A stretch of 64,000 nucleotides of DNA from the NCBI RefSeq assembly GCF_009914755.1, contig NC_060925.1, one strand, 5' to 3'. The stretch comes from the human T2T-CHM13v2.0 reference genome, Homo sapiens. The number at the start of each line of letters is the position of its first letter. The first letter of the stretch is position 1. The translations under genes were made by a program, and so were the position numbers. The notes below the pieces were generated by a model. It made no database searches. It worked only from the letters and a program-made list of their open reading frames with translations, and was not told where the DNA came from. Below, piece by piece: positions 1 through 14,484 of this stretch.

Positions 1-39
1 AAAATTAACCATAATTATTCACATAGACTTCATTATACA

Positions 40-1010
40 TTTTTCTCATTTGTTCATCATTTGTTCATTTATTCTTTCATTGAAGATAAATTTATTCAGT
101 TTCAACTATCTAAATCAGAACTAGAGATACGGCATGAATCCGATAGACTCAATTCCAGGTCTTGTGAAGCTCATATTAAAGAAGAACACATAGACAAAAC
201 AATTAATTACAAAAATAGCCACTAACTTACAATTTTGTTCGGAGGTATCAAAGAGCAGTTAAGAGTACTAGGAGAGTAACTGGGGAATCTGATAGAACCT
301 GAGATTAGGAAAGGTTTCCTTGAGACACCGAATTCAACAGATTCCTAAAGGATGAAGATGCATGAATAAAAAAGGAAGTAGAAATTACTGAAAAAAGTTC
401 TGTGGGTATAGAAAGTAGGATGTACAAATACAAGACAACTGAAGCAGATGTCTTGAAGAAAGCCAGAGTCTTAGGAGATTGGGATTAATAGAGATAATGG
501 AATATGATAGGCTGGTAAGAAAGTCCCTGCTATGCTGTGTTTTCTATTAATATGCTAAGATCACGGTCTTTATCTTAAGAACAATGGGAGGACATTATAG
601 GGTTTTAAACAAAGATTGACATAGCCATTTTTCATTTTAGCAAGATTGTCTGGAGGCAATGTGAAGATTATTCTGGATTGGAAAATGAGAATAATGAATA
701 AGGAAGACTGTGGAACTATTTCTGTAATTCGAAGAAGCTACAATAGAACCTTGAAACAAGATGGTGGCAGTAAAGCTGAAGAAAATAAACAGAGATGAGA
801 AATGGAGAGATATTTAAGAGGTAAAATGTATGAAATTTGATGATTAATAGAAAATGCAGGTGTGAGAGGATGGTTTCAAAACCTCCCATATTTGTGGGTT
901 TTGAATTTTGGCACTGTGGTACCATTTATTGATAAATAGTGCAGATGGAACAATTTGGGAAGTAATCACTGATAAACTTGAGCAAGTTAATGATAGGTGA
1001 ACATGTTATA
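40..1010 (-). mobile_element. L2 LINE 3' fragment (ancient)
   Basis: CATT/GTTCATT-type tail at ~40-75, followed by degenerate antisense L2 motifs (e.g. gtctttatcttaagaacaatgggaggacattatagggttttaaacaa at ~566-612). Boundaries approximate. Confidence 0.65.
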
Positions 1011-1359
1011 TTTTAACAAAGTGGATGGAGCACAATCACCCTGCTTTGATAGACCCAGGCACTGACCAACATGTTTCACATATTTCTCCTTTTATGGATA
1101 AAGTAACTGAGTACAGCATAGTCTATAAAGTAAAGATAGCTTTCTGTTTTATAAAGAAATATTTTCCTACTCTACTTCCTTCACCATTCACTCATTCATT
1201 TCTCGATAATTCATCACATACATATTGGACAACTTATGTGTTACTGATTTATCCTGGGTGCTTGAGATATGGGAATGATCAAGGCAGACTCAGACCTGGG
1301 CCATTTTGACCTTTCAAACTTTCTAATGTGAAGGTATTTAGAATGTACCAGGAAGAAAA

Positions 1360-1870
1360 ATGACACAACCATTCTTTAGGCAATTTGATATGTCATGAGT
1401 TACTAAAAATGTTAATATTCTAAAACAATAATTTACTTTCTAAGAATACTTTTTTTAAATATCGGAGCTAAGTAAAAAATTCTCTATATTTATGAATGTT
1501 TTTCAGTGCACTTTATAACAGGAAAAAGGTCAGAAACTTCTTAATGACCAAAAATGGACATTATCACAACATATGATACATTCATACAATATTCTCCACT
1601 CATTAATATGGTATTATAGAAAAACATTTTCAGATATGGAAAAATGATTTTATTATATTGCTTACTACAAAAAATATGTACATATGATTCTCACTTTGTA
1701 AAAAAAGTAAAAGGTAAATATTGATACACGTGTGACTGAGCCTGGAAATACATACTTTGAAATACTTTTGGGTGATATTTTGGTGATTCCTCTTTGTGCT
1801 CTTCTCTGCCCTCTGAATTTTCTACAATAATTATGTATTCCTTTGTAAACAATAGAAATATCCAATCAAT
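1360..1870 (+). mobile_element. Old L1M (L1ME-like) 3' end fragment
   Basis: Degenerate L1 3' motifs (acaaccattctttaggcaatttg, gaatgtttttcagtgcactttataacaggaaaa). Confidence 0.5.
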
Positions 1871-4118
1871 ATAAATATTACACATCAATTTTGTTGTCGT
1901 TCTTGAAAACCTTTTATAGTGCGTATAATTATTTCTGAGTTAAAACAAAAGTGTGTGTATGTGTGTGGGTTTAGAAAGGGTGGCTATAAAACCATCTTGA
2001 TGATTTTGAGGCTTATTTCAATCAGGAGACAATAAAACTTTATTATCAGTGTTTATGCCTTTCCATTTCCTATGGAAATGGTCATTAGGTATATCCATGA
2101 AAGCCTTTCCATCCCAGATAACACTCAGGGGAATTAACTGAAGAAAAATGATTCTTTTCACAGTGATGTTATCATATGTAAGTTTGATAGTATGTTAGTC
2201 ACAATTGTTGAATATTTCCAAAAAAGAGATGACAGATTTATTTCATGAAAGACCTATTATTAAATTCTTCCACCAGCATGTTTCATTAGACTATTTTGTT
2301 TGAAACTCTACAGTGTTGGTTGTAAATCCCTGAAGTTCTAGAAACCTTAGGCGGTCCCTTGCAAAACACTGTTCAGTATTCAAAACCATGGCAACCAGAC
2401 AACTTAGTGTCAAAGAAGGAATACATAGTATATTGTGAAAAGAGCTGGATTTGAATGCTACCATTGACTTGCATAGAGATGGTGAGAAAATCTGTTTTCT
2501 TACTTATACATTAGAGATAATACTTTTTTCATGTAACACGTATTTATGGAGCAATTACTATATGTCAGGCATTAAGGAAGCTGGGGCGAAACAACAAATA
2601 AATTAGGAATGGTTGGCCAACATTCTCAGCAAAGGGAAGGGAACAATGTGTAAGGACCTGACATGGTGAATAGTAAGAGAAAGAGAGTGTGCAGGTCCAA
2701 AGAGTGAGGCAAATATGTCAAATCGCATCATAATCCAGATAGCATGATGCATATATTTTTATATTTATAAAAATATTTACATTTTTATTGTTACCTCTAA
2801 TGTTTAACCATTGCAATGTATATTTTAAATTCATCAGTTTCCATCTCTTTCTATAAAAACAAATGTAAAAATTCAACAGAATATTGAGTCAATACAATTT
2901 AGAAATTGTATTGCTCTGCTCAGCTGGATGTTTTAAGTGTCTTTTTAATCCTGGATGATCTATAGATTATTTGTTTCCAAGAATACACAAAGGCAGTCTC
3001 TTCTGTGAAGTGTTCTCTTTTCTTTATGTAGAGAAGGGGCATCAGAGTTCCATCTGAAAGGGGGCTGCAAGACACTGCTTCTTAGGTATTAATTTAGAGG
3101 AAACAGAAAGGCCTCACTCTTCAGAAACAGCTCTCGGAATGGCAGGTTGTGTGACTGAGAATTAAGTTCAAAACTCCAAAATAATTTACCCAGGAAGACT
3201 AATGTAAAAATTTCCAGTAGCCAGGGGATGGTCCATAACTGTTGCTGAAATCGCCATACCTTCTGTCTTAGAGGGACATCAGACAGAAATAATAGCTGAC
3301 ACATAAAATGCTGGAAAATGGGACTGAGTCACAGTCAAGGGACACTTGGTTGGGACTGGGCCATGAGACAGGTATAGAGTGAAAGAATGACAATGGACAC
3401 CTTTTGATAGTGTGAGAATCTTTGGGTAGCTAGAAAAAGAGAAGCTTGTAGTTAAGGCTGCAAAGGATCAGGCAATCTCTGGGAACTAACTCATTGTCCA
3501 GAAAAAAACAAGGAAGATACCTAAGTGGAACCAATGAGTTTAACCAAAAGGCATTATCTCAGAGAGAGGAGGGATGTCAGCATCACACACTAAGCAGTGC
3601 TACACTGTAGCGGCATGGTCTTTTACTTCATCTCATGTTAAAGGTACCTCATTCCTCAAGGAATATTAACAAGTGTTTATAGAGCAATGGGGACTGGGAA
3701 ATAGGACTAAGGAATTTCTATGAAAGAAATAACATAAAAAGATTCCCTGGGAATAATAATACTCATATATTGCCTTCACATAGATTTGGAAAACTTATAA
3801 AGCCCTTTCACTTTTGTTATTCCTCCCCACTTCTGAGATTAGGCTATATATTACATATCTAGTATGTATATATGTCTATGCATTTGTATATATGTGTGTG
3901 TATCTGCTCCTGATCAATTGACATATTGTACTTGTACTGTGAACTTATTGAATAATAGCCTATGCAAACGTTAGTTTAATGCCTAACCTCTAGGAAAACT
4001 GAGGACATGGCTGTCTTTTCTTGCTGTATCTTCTGTCTTCCATAATTGAGAGGAGCCTGCCAAGTAAATACCATTAATACAGGAAATACTTTCTTTACTT
4101 TGTAGATGAGTAAGTTGA

Positions 4119-4500
<382 letters not shown>

Positions 4501-4794
4501 ATACAGGTCTCTGCATTTCAAATCCCTTGCTGGTATACAAGGAAAGACAAAATCAACTGAAGTTTTTAAGAGAGGAGCCTGGGAAACCAGGGGATTCCTG
4601 AAAGTCAATGAAATTAAGTAGGTGGGAGAACCCCAAAAGGAAGGCAAAAAAGCACACAGGATGGGCTGTGGCAAGTTCTTAAATCTCTTTTACCTTTCTC
4701 AATCTTGTCAAGAAAAGATGTTTATTCCTATAAATTCTAATTAACTGATTATACAGCTATTATAAATCTATCAAATTAAATGAAGTTAGAGGAA

Positions 4795-5000
4795 ACTAAC
4801 ATTTATTGAGCACCTATTATGTGCTAGAAACTATTTTTTTGGGATTACACATATTGTTTCATTTACTCCTTACAACTATCCTGGGAGAAGTAACTACTAT
4901 ATTTCCATTTTAAAGTTGAAGAATCGGAAACTGATAGAACTTATTAAAGTTTCATAGCAAATGGCAGAGACACTCTTTATAATTCCATGTCTCTCCAACT
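4795..5000 (-). mobile_element. MIR SINE
   Basis: aacatttattgagcacctattatgtgc...tttactccttacaactatcctg, then degenerate MIR core (ccattttaaagttgaagaa...aaactga). Confidence 0.75.
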
Positions 5001-6394
5001 GTAAGTCACAAAGGTATTGAATCAGCAAATAACTCTCAAGTGCTTACCATAAGAACTTACTGTTCAGTATGGAATATAGACCTGTAAGGAGGCAAGTACA
5101 ATTAGTGAAATGTGGTAGGACACTTACAGATGCTAAGAAAACATTTGGAGAAGTAGCACATGATGCCATCATTAGGCTGTCAGAAAAATCTTTCTAGAGG
5201 AATTATCTTCAAATATGAGACCTAAAGAATACAGAAAGTCTTAAAGTCTTTTCACTGTATTTTCAAAATGAGGGAATGTGGATATCTTCAGTTCAAATTA
5301 TCTAGATAATTGTCTTAATAGTCCACATTGCCTAACTCTCCACCTCATTGCCCACTCATGCAAGTGTGACTTCAGAAATGGAGTTGTTACAAGATGAATG
5401 ATCTTACCAAATGGCAGAGAACTAAATGTGAATTGATTTTAAAATGATATAATTTACCAGCAAATTCTATCTAGCTCTATTGTGGAATCATCTACATGTG
5501 ACTCTTTGATCAATAACTCTCATCGTTTCTTTATATAATACTTGTGGCCTTTTCTGTCTTCATTTCTAAAAGTACTGACATTTTTTATTTCACTTTTCTG
5601 TGTAACATGATTTCAGATTCTTTTGTCTTTATTATATCTCCAAATCACATTGACACAAAGTATATTAATTTGGCTCTGTGGTTTTAATTTTCCTTATTTG
5701 GTATCTGTGAATGTCGTTAATGTGCCATCTACATCTCTTCCACCCACATACTTATTTTGAAGACAATGTAATAAATGAGAAACAGAAATTCCACTGAGCA
5801 CCAAACTATATTTTTGGCCTTGTTTTGTTCTCTTCAGCTAGCTTTTAATCTCCATGAATATTAAATGACTTTCAGATTTTAGAGTGAAATATTATGGTAC
5901 ATTGCCAGGTACACGACAGTTAAAACACCCACAGACTGTTGGCAGTGAATAAATCAGTGAATGTTCAGGTGAGTGAACAGTGTCTTAACAAGGGAACCGT
6001 ATGTGTTCCAATGAAAAGTTTTATAAAAATGTGTTTGTAAAGATATTTGTTTTTTGCTATGTAAAGAAAAAAATTCAACAAAAACTATCAAAGCAACAGT
6101 GTTGCCCTTCATGTTGCTAGCAATTAGCCAAACTCCTTGAGGAGCTGTTTGTAACAGTTGTCTTTAGTTCAAGACTAATAAGTAACAGTCACGTTGTCAG
6201 AAAAAAATCCTCTGAAGTCCACTGTTTCAGGAAGTACTGTTTTGCTTTTTTTTTTTCCCCTTCAGAAATATTGACTTATATGTAAAGATGAGAACAATAT
6301 GGGTTATAGTAACGATAAGTCAGAAAAGAGTATGGAAAAATCAAGAGTATTTCTGTTTGAAAGTTATTTTTCTCTGTATGTTGCATCAATCTAT

Positions 6395-6428
6395 ACACAC
6401 ACACACACACGCAAACACACACACACAT
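6395..6428. repeat. (CA)n microsatellite, interrupted
   Basis: Direct read of CA dinucleotide run. Confidence 0.9.
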
Positions 6429-7260
6429 ATATATGACTAAAAGAGGAAAAATATATCAAGCAGCAATTAATGTTACCTGAAAGCTGGGGTTTTTAGAAGG
6501 TGAAAGCTACAGAGCTTGTTTGATAAGTAAAGGAGGGTTTTCCTTCATCTCTGATGCTTATGTTGGCCGAGGCTTTATGTCCACACAAAAACTTGTACAT
6601 GAATAGCAGCTTTGTCAAAATTGCCAAAAGCTGAAAGTAACTAATATATTCTTCAATGACTGAATGTTTGTAACCACAAACAATCTGTGAATATCCATAT
6701 AATAAAATATTATTTAGTGATATTAAAAAATAAGCTTTCAAGCCATGAAATGTATAAATGTATGTTGCTAAATGAAAGAAGCAGGCCTGAGAAGAATGCC
6801 TACTCTATGATTACTATTTTATAACTTTTTGGAAAAGTAAAACTGTACAGACAGTAAATACATCAGTGGTTTTCAGCAGTCTGAGGATAGAAGGGTTGAG
6901 TAGATAAAGGCACAGGGGATATTTTGGGATAGTGAAACTATTCATATGTCCATGATTATAATATACATGTTACTGTAAACATGGACGTAAGACACCATGC
7001 ATTTGTTGAAACCCACAGTATTTTGACATAGAACAAATAACAAAATTTAATATATGCAAATTTAAAAAGTAACTTAGGAGGTCATGTTATGTGTGGATGG
7101 AATGTGGAACATAACAAAACAATCTAAGTACATTGCATATGTATGAAACTATCACACTGAAAATGTTGGAGAAATAGGTACTGACATAAATAACTCTAGA
7201 AATGTGTACTGTCTGTGAGACTGAAGGCTAACAGACAAACAAACAAAAATATAAATAATT

Positions 7261-7848
7261 GGCCAGGCATGGTGGCTCATGCCTGTAATACCAGCACTTT
7301 GGGAGGCCAAAGCCAGCAGATTACTTGAGGCTGGGAGTTCAAGACCAGCCTGGTCAACATGAGGAAACCCTGCCTCTACTTAAAATACAAAAATTAGAGC
7401 CGGGCATGGTGGCTCACGCCTGTAACCCCAGCACTTTGGGAGGCTAAGGCAAATGGATCATAAGGTCAGGAGTTAGAGACCAGCCTGACCAACATGGTGA
7501 AACTCCATCTCTACTAAAAATACAAAAATTAGCTGGGCGTGGTGGTGCGCACCAGTAACCCAGCTACTCAAGTGGCTGAGTCAGGAGAATCGCTTGAATC
7601 CAGGAGGCGGAGGTTGCAGTGAGCCGAGATCATGCCACTGCACTCCAGCCTGGGCAATAGAGCGAGACTCCATCTCAAAAAAAAAAAAAAATTAGCAGGG
7701 TAAGGTGGCATGCACCTGTAATCCCACCTACTCAGGAGGCTGAGGCATGAGAATCACTTGAACTTGGGAGGCAGAAGTGAGCCAAGATCGCACCACTGCA
7801 CTCCAGCCTGGGTGACAGAGCAAGACTCTCTCTCAAAAAATAAAAAAA
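7261..7848 (+). mobile_element. Host Alu split at its A-rich linker (left arm 7261-7397, right arm 7696-7848)
   Basis: Left monomer ends taaaatacaaaaattag and the right monomer resumes after the inner Alu. Outer TSD aaaaatataaataa / aaaaatgtaaataa. Confidence 0.9.
7398..7690 (+). mobile_element. Alu (AluSg-like) nested in the host Alu
   Basis: Complete dimer with poly-A and the 2-bp deletion in ggatca--taaggtc. TSD aaaaattag at 7389-7397 and 7687-7695. Confidence 0.92.
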
Positions 7849-8091
7849 TGTAAATAAGCACTATACTCTAGTTAATAAAATCATTTATCATAAAGTTTAC
7901 AATATGAGAATTCTTATTTCATTCTACATACATACTAAATTAAACAGTTTACTAAATTTACAGCAGATATTAGGATATCACATATCAGTAAGGGAAGAAG
8001 ACTAGAATGATTTATATGGTAATGGAATAGAATTGGAGACATCAGAATGAACTTACAGATAATAAAGATACATTGTTATATATAGAAATAT

Positions 8092-8287
8092 TTACAGATA
8101 TGTATATATGCATTTTGTGTGTATGTGTGTGTACAGAATTCCTTGTTCTGTCAGCTCAGAGGGCCTAGAAGGAACATTTTAGTGTTACAGACATGTATAT
8201 ATGCATTTTGTGTGTGTGTGTGCATGTGTATGTGTACAGAATTCCTTGTTCTGTCAGCTGAGAGGGCCTAGAAGCAATATTTTAGTG
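8092..8287. repeat. Two-copy tandem duplication (93 + 103 bp)
   Basis: ttacaga...tgtatatatgcattttgtgtg...gtacagaattccttgttctgtcagct.agagggcctagaag...ttttagtg at 8092-8184 and 8185-8287. Confidence 0.92.
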
Positions 8288-8321
8288 GCAATGTACACAG
8301 GTCTTGGTTTTTGATACCACT

Positions 8322-10595
8322 TGGTATGGTATGGCTGTGTCCCCCCTACCAAATCTCATCTTAAATTATAGCTCCTATAATTCTCACGTGTTGTGTGAGG
8401 GACCTGGTGAGAGATCACTGAATCATGGGATCAGTTTCCCCCATACAGTTCTTGGGGTAGTAAATAATTTTCATAAGATTTGATAGTTCTTCAAGGGAAA
8501 CCCCTTTCACTTGCCTTTCATTCTCTCTTGTCTACCACCATGTAAGACATGCCTTTTGCCTTCCACCATGATTGTGAGGCTTCCCCAGCCACATGGAACT
8601 GTAAGTTCATTAAATCTCTTTTTCTTTATCAATTGCCTGATCTTGGGTGTGTCTTTATCAGCAGTGTGAAAACAGACTAATACAATTGGTACTGGTAGGG
8701 TGGGGTGCTTCTCTGAAGATACCTGATGTGGAAGCAACTTTGGAACACAGTAACAGGCAGAAGTTGGAACAGTTTAGAGGGCTCCGAAGAAGACAGGAAA
8801 ATGTGGTAAAGTTTGGAACTTCCTAGAGAATTGCTGAATGGCTTTGACTAAAATGCTGATAATGATATGGACAATGAAATCCAGGCGGAGCTGGTCTCAG
8901 ATGGAGATGAGGAACTTGTTGGGAACTGGAGTAACGGTGACTCTTGCTATGTTTTAGCAAAGAGAGTGGGGGCATATTTCCCCTGCCCTAGAGATCTGTG
9001 GAACTTTCAACTTGAGAGAGATGATTTAGGGTAACTGGTAGAAGAAATTTCTAAGCAGCAAAGCATTCAAGAGGTGAGTTGGGTGCTGTTAAAAGCATTC
9101 AGTTTTAAAAAGGAAACAGCAAAAATGTTCAGAAAATTTGCAGACTTATGATGTGATAGGAAAGAAAAACTCATTTGCTGAGGAGAAATTCAAGCCAGTT
9201 GCAAAAATGTGCATAAGTAATGAGAAGGTAAATGTTAACTGCCAAGAAAATGAGGAAAATGTATCCAGGGCATGTCAGAGCCCCTCCCATCACAGGCCTA
9301 GAGGCCTAGGAGGGAAAAACGGTGTCATGGATCAGGCCCAGGACCCCGCTGCTGTGTGCAGCCTAGGGACTTGGTGCCCTGTATCCCACCTGCTTTTGCC
9401 ATGGCTAAAAGGGGCCAAGGTACAGCACAGGCTGCAGCTTCAAAGGGTGCAAGCCCCAAGCCTTGGCAGCTTCCAAATTGTGTTGAGTCTGCAGCTACAC
9501 AGAAGTCAGGAACTGAGGTTTGGGAACCTCTGCCTAGATTTCAGAAGATGTATGGAAATGTCCAGTCAGAAGTTTGCTGCAGGGGTGGAGCCCTCATGGA
9601 GAACCTCTGCTAGGGCAATGTGGAAGGAAAATGTGGTGTCGAAGCCCCCACACAGAGTCCCCACTTGGGCACTGCCTAGTAGAGTTGTGAGAAGGTGGCC
9701 ACCATCCTCCAGACTCTAGAATAGTCGATCCATTGACAGCTTGCAGCATGCACCTGGAAAAGCCACAGACACTCAACACCAGCCCTTGAAAGCAGCTGAG
9801 AGGGAGGCTATACCCTGCAAAGCTACGGAGTGGAGCTTCCCATGACCATGGGAACCCACCTCTTGCATCAGTGTGACCTGAATGTGAGACTTGGAGTCAA
9901 AGGAGATTATTTCAGAGCTTTAAGACTTGGCTGCTCCACTAGATTTTAAACTTGCATGGAGCCTGTAGCTCCTTTGTTTTGTCCAATTTCTCCCATTTTG
10001 GATGGCTGTATTTACCCTTTGCCTGTGCCCGCATTGCATCTAGGAAGTAACTAACTTGCTTTTGATTTTACAGACTAATAGGCAGTAGGGGCATGCCTTG
10101 TCTCAGATAAGACTTTGGACTGTGGACTTTTGAGTCAATGCTGATATTAGTTAAGACTTTGGAGACTGTTGGCAAGGCATAACTGGTTTTGAAATGTGAG
10201 GACATGAGATTTGGGAGGGGGCAGGGGTGGAATGGTATGGTTGGCTGTGTTCCCACCCAAATCTCATCTTGAATTGTAGCTCCCATAATTCCCACAGGTA
10301 GGGACCTGTTGAGCGATAATTGAATCATGGGGGTGGTTTCCTTCACACAGTTCTCGTGGTAGAGAATACCTCTCATGAGATCTGATGGTTTTATAAGGGA
10401 AAACCCTTTTACTTAGCCCTCATTCTCTCCTGTCTGCCACCATGCAAGATGTGCCTTTGCTCCTCCTTTGCCTTCTGCAATGATTGTGAGGCCTCCTCAG
10501 CCATGTGGAACTGTGAGTCCATTATATCTCTTTTTCTTTATAATTACCTAGTCTCAGGTATGTCTTTATCCGCAGTGTAAAAACGGACTAATATA
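8322..10595 (+). mobile_element. THE1 (THE1C/D-like) MaLR provirus: LTR 8322-8684, internal, LTR 10233-10595
   Basis: Both LTRs begin tggtatgg..ggctgtgt and end gactaat(a)ca/ta. MaLR internal sequence, polypurine tract gggagggggcaggggtggaa before the 3' LTR, 5-bp TSD ccact/tcact. Confidence 0.95.
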
Positions 10596-10779
10596 TCACT
10601 GTCCCAAAAAAGAAACTGGGGTTTTGGAGAAATGGCTAATTCTAGGAAGGAGATAGAGAATATACAATTTAAGCCTGGAGCATCTTGTGCATGTATAATA
10701 TGGAAATAATTCTTACTCCTTGACAGATCTCTCTCCCATGAGAGACCTCAAAAGTGGAAAAATCTTCCTTTGTTTCTCA

Positions 10780-11225
<446 letters not shown>

Positions 11226-11289
<64 letters not shown>

Positions 11290-11294
11290 GTGTG
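11226..11294. repeat. Compound (TA)n(TG)n microsatellite at the Alu tail
   Basis: Short TA run followed by about 21 uninterrupted TG units. Confidence 0.95.
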
Positions 11295-11533
11295 GTAATA
11301 TAATATAATATATATAACTACTCAAAGTATAAAATAATTATATATTAGTCAATACTGACATTACTGTAAGATTGAATGAATAAATAAATGAGAGATAAGA
11401 GGTGAAACTCTCAATGCAGGTATATTTCAAATAATTTATGTAGATAGTTTGCCTTCAAGAACATGGAGTAAGATTCTTCACTCCTAGGTATGGGCTGTGC
11501 ATAGTGAATTCATTCTAGAACATACAGTATGTA

Positions 11534-11845
11534 GGCCACACACGGTGGATCACGCCTGTAATCCTAGCACTTTGGGAGGCCAAGGCAGGTGGATCACCTG
11601 ACGCCAGGAGTTTGAGACCAGCCTGGAACACATGGGGAAACCCTGTCTCTACTAAAAATACAAAAATTAGCTGAGGATAGTGATGCATGCCTGTAATCTC
11701 AGCTACTCAGGAGGCTGAGGCAGGAGAATCGTTTGAACTCAGGAGGTGGAGGTTGCAGTGAGTCGAGATTGTGCCACTGCACTACAGCCTGGGAGAAAGA
11801 GCGAGACTCTGTCTCAAAAAAAAAAAAAAAATAAATAAATAAAAA
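11534..11845 (+). mobile_element. Alu (AluSx/Sz-like)
   Basis: Full dimer. 12-bp TSD atacagtatgta at 11522-11533 and 11846-11857. Confidence 0.96.
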
Positions 11846-12744
11846 ATACAGTATGTAAAAAAGGAAAAGAGAATAACTTCATGCAGAAAACTGACAAATG
11901 CTACTTCAGTCAGGTAATCAAGGTCATTATCAAAAGTGAAAAGTTGTGTTGATTTTGTTGATACTATATAACTTTGATATAATATGATGAAATGGTGGTA
12001 CTCTTTCTCTGTAGTTTTCATCTTGAAACATATTACCCAAATCTGATCATGAGAAAAACATTAGATAAATCCTAGTTGAGTGACATTCTGCAGAACACCT
12101 GAGCAGCACTCCTTAAAATTCCCCAGGTCATCACAATCAAGGAAAGCCTGAGAAAGTGTTGCAGATAAGAGGAGCCTAAAGAGTGATGACTACTAATGTA
12201 ATGTGGTAACCTGGATAAAATTTTGGAACAGAAAAAAAATTAGGTAAAAACTGAGGAAATCTGAAAAATATGGATATAAGTGAATGAATAATTTAATGTT
12301 GGTTCGTTAATTATAACAAATGTACCTTTCTAATGTAGGATGTTAATAGGAAAAACTGGGTGTAAGGTATATGAGAACTCACTGTAGTAGCTTTGCAGCT
12401 TTTCTTTAAGTCTAAAACTTTTCTACAATAGAAAGTTTATTTTAAACATAATTAGAAAATTTTGTCAAAATTTATTAAAAATGGAGTTAAATATTAAAAA
12501 TAATTAGCGAATTTTGGACTTAGATGAAAGTTACAGAGATTGAGAAGTAAAGGAAGATTTTTTCACTCTTGAGGTATATCTTGGGAGAGAGATCCAAAAA
12601 GGACTAAAGATTATTTGTATATTATAGACACACAAAATGCACACACGTGTGCATGTATGTATGCAAAGAAAATATAAACAATATTCATATGATACACAAA
12701 AATCTTCATAGCACCAGTCCTTAATTCCCTAACACAACCCCAAT

Positions 12745-12950
12745 TCATTCAGTCTTCATTCATTTTTTTTTCACTCAGTGAACATTTATTCATTGCTAAC
12801 TACATGCTTTGCATTATTCTAAAATCTGTAAAGAAGAAGACAGACAAGATCCCGGCCCTTCTGGAACTTAAATTATGATGAAGAAGAACGGACAATTAAC
12901 AAATAAATACTACCTTAGGTTTTATATATGCAATGAGGAAATATATAGGA
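12745..12950 (-). mobile_element. L2 3' end fragment
   Basis: cattcatt...aacatttattcattgctaactacatgc...cagacaagatcccggcccttctggaactta. Confidence 0.6.
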
Positions 12951-14484
12951 TGAGAGGTTATTCTGCTAGTCAAGGAAAAAATGAACTGTTCAAAAATCTA
13001 CAAATCTACATAGAAATGAATATCCTACTCTTGAAACTGATAAATCTGATGACTTGCCATTGAAAACTCTGCCAATGGTTGTCCAGAAAAAACAAATTCG
13101 CTGAATACCATGCCTGCCTGGCAAAAGCAGCAAAAGCAATTGGGATTCTGCCCTTACCTTGGTTTTGCCTCCCAGTTCACGTGAGAGGACACTGATTGGT
13201 TAAACCTAAATCCCATTTTTAATTCCAGCTTCCAGGAAATCTGGAGACATAATTTTTAGCTTTACATTCTCCTCATTATAGAAAATACATTAGATGTAGG
13301 AAGGACTGGTGGTTTCAAGACTGGAAAGTATTTATATCAAATATTGCTGAGTATTCAGAAAAATAATAAGGTTGGAGATATGCTAATTTGATTTGAAACT
13401 GTATAAACCATTAGTGCCCTTGATAAATGGAGTTTTGTTATCAGAATTATGGGGCGATATAAATCCTATGCACCTGGTAAGTCTTGCAAAGGAATGTACG
13501 TGAATTAAATTCTAAGCTCAAAGCATTATGAGAGTTAAATCAATTATTAGGTCTTGACATGAAACTCGTTGCTTCCTAGCAGACATTTAATGTAAGCTCT
13601 ATAGCAAGAGAAGTTCAAAGATCATGAAGTCAAACTGATGGGTTAGAAGTGGCTTGTCCTCAAAGTATGGATATCATTGTTTTATTAAGCTAAACAAATC
13701 CAGAGGTATAGTCAGAAGAGAACATGTTTTTATTTCCACAGTTGAGCAGATGGAAGTGAAAATGTGGCCAACCCTCAAGCTGAACTATAAAGATGAGGTC
13801 CAAAGGTGATACACAGGTAGTTATGTAGAATTTTTAGAACCAAATGCAATTTGTTTCCAGCAGAGACCTGGAAAATTTCTGTAAGCAAGGCTATCAGTTG
13901 ACGGTTTGTGTATCAAGGATTTCTCCCTCACCATGTGAATGGTGTGTGATGCACAAGTAAGCAAGATGGTGGCAAAAGGATTTTCAGTGTCAGAAAGGAA
14001 AATATTAGATGATTAGCTGTAAGATTTAGTAAAATATTATTCTCCAGCTGTATTCCCTTTCGAGGGTAGGCTAAATGGATCAACAAAGGACCTTAGTTTA
14101 ACTTTGATATAATAAAGCATGTAATTCATAGGACTCTACTTCCAAGAATTCTTATTTTGCCTAATTGTAAAAGAGTATTCCAAGATGCAACCTATCATTC
14201 TCTCTTCCTGGCCCCAAAGTAAATACAAACATGCATATGTTCTGTGAACACAATGTTAAAATGGAGTCTTTCCTTTCGCTACATATCACAAACTTTCTAG
14301 TACATCCTTATTTATATTCCTCAACATACGATTTGTCAAAAACCATCAACATTTTAATCATGGAGGCTATGTTAGGGAGATAGCTGAAGGGAACCTTTAT
14401 GTACAAACTTTGATTCCTAAACTCTTTGTTAGAAATTACAATTGGTAAAAATGGCATCATACTTTCTACTTACTAGACAACACA

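Noticed and set aside
9138-9719. 193-aa ORF (and the 154-aa ORF at 27977-28441)
   Set aside because: Both lie in THE1 internal sequence and are fragments of the decayed MaLR ORF region. The first starts at a non-ATG codon.
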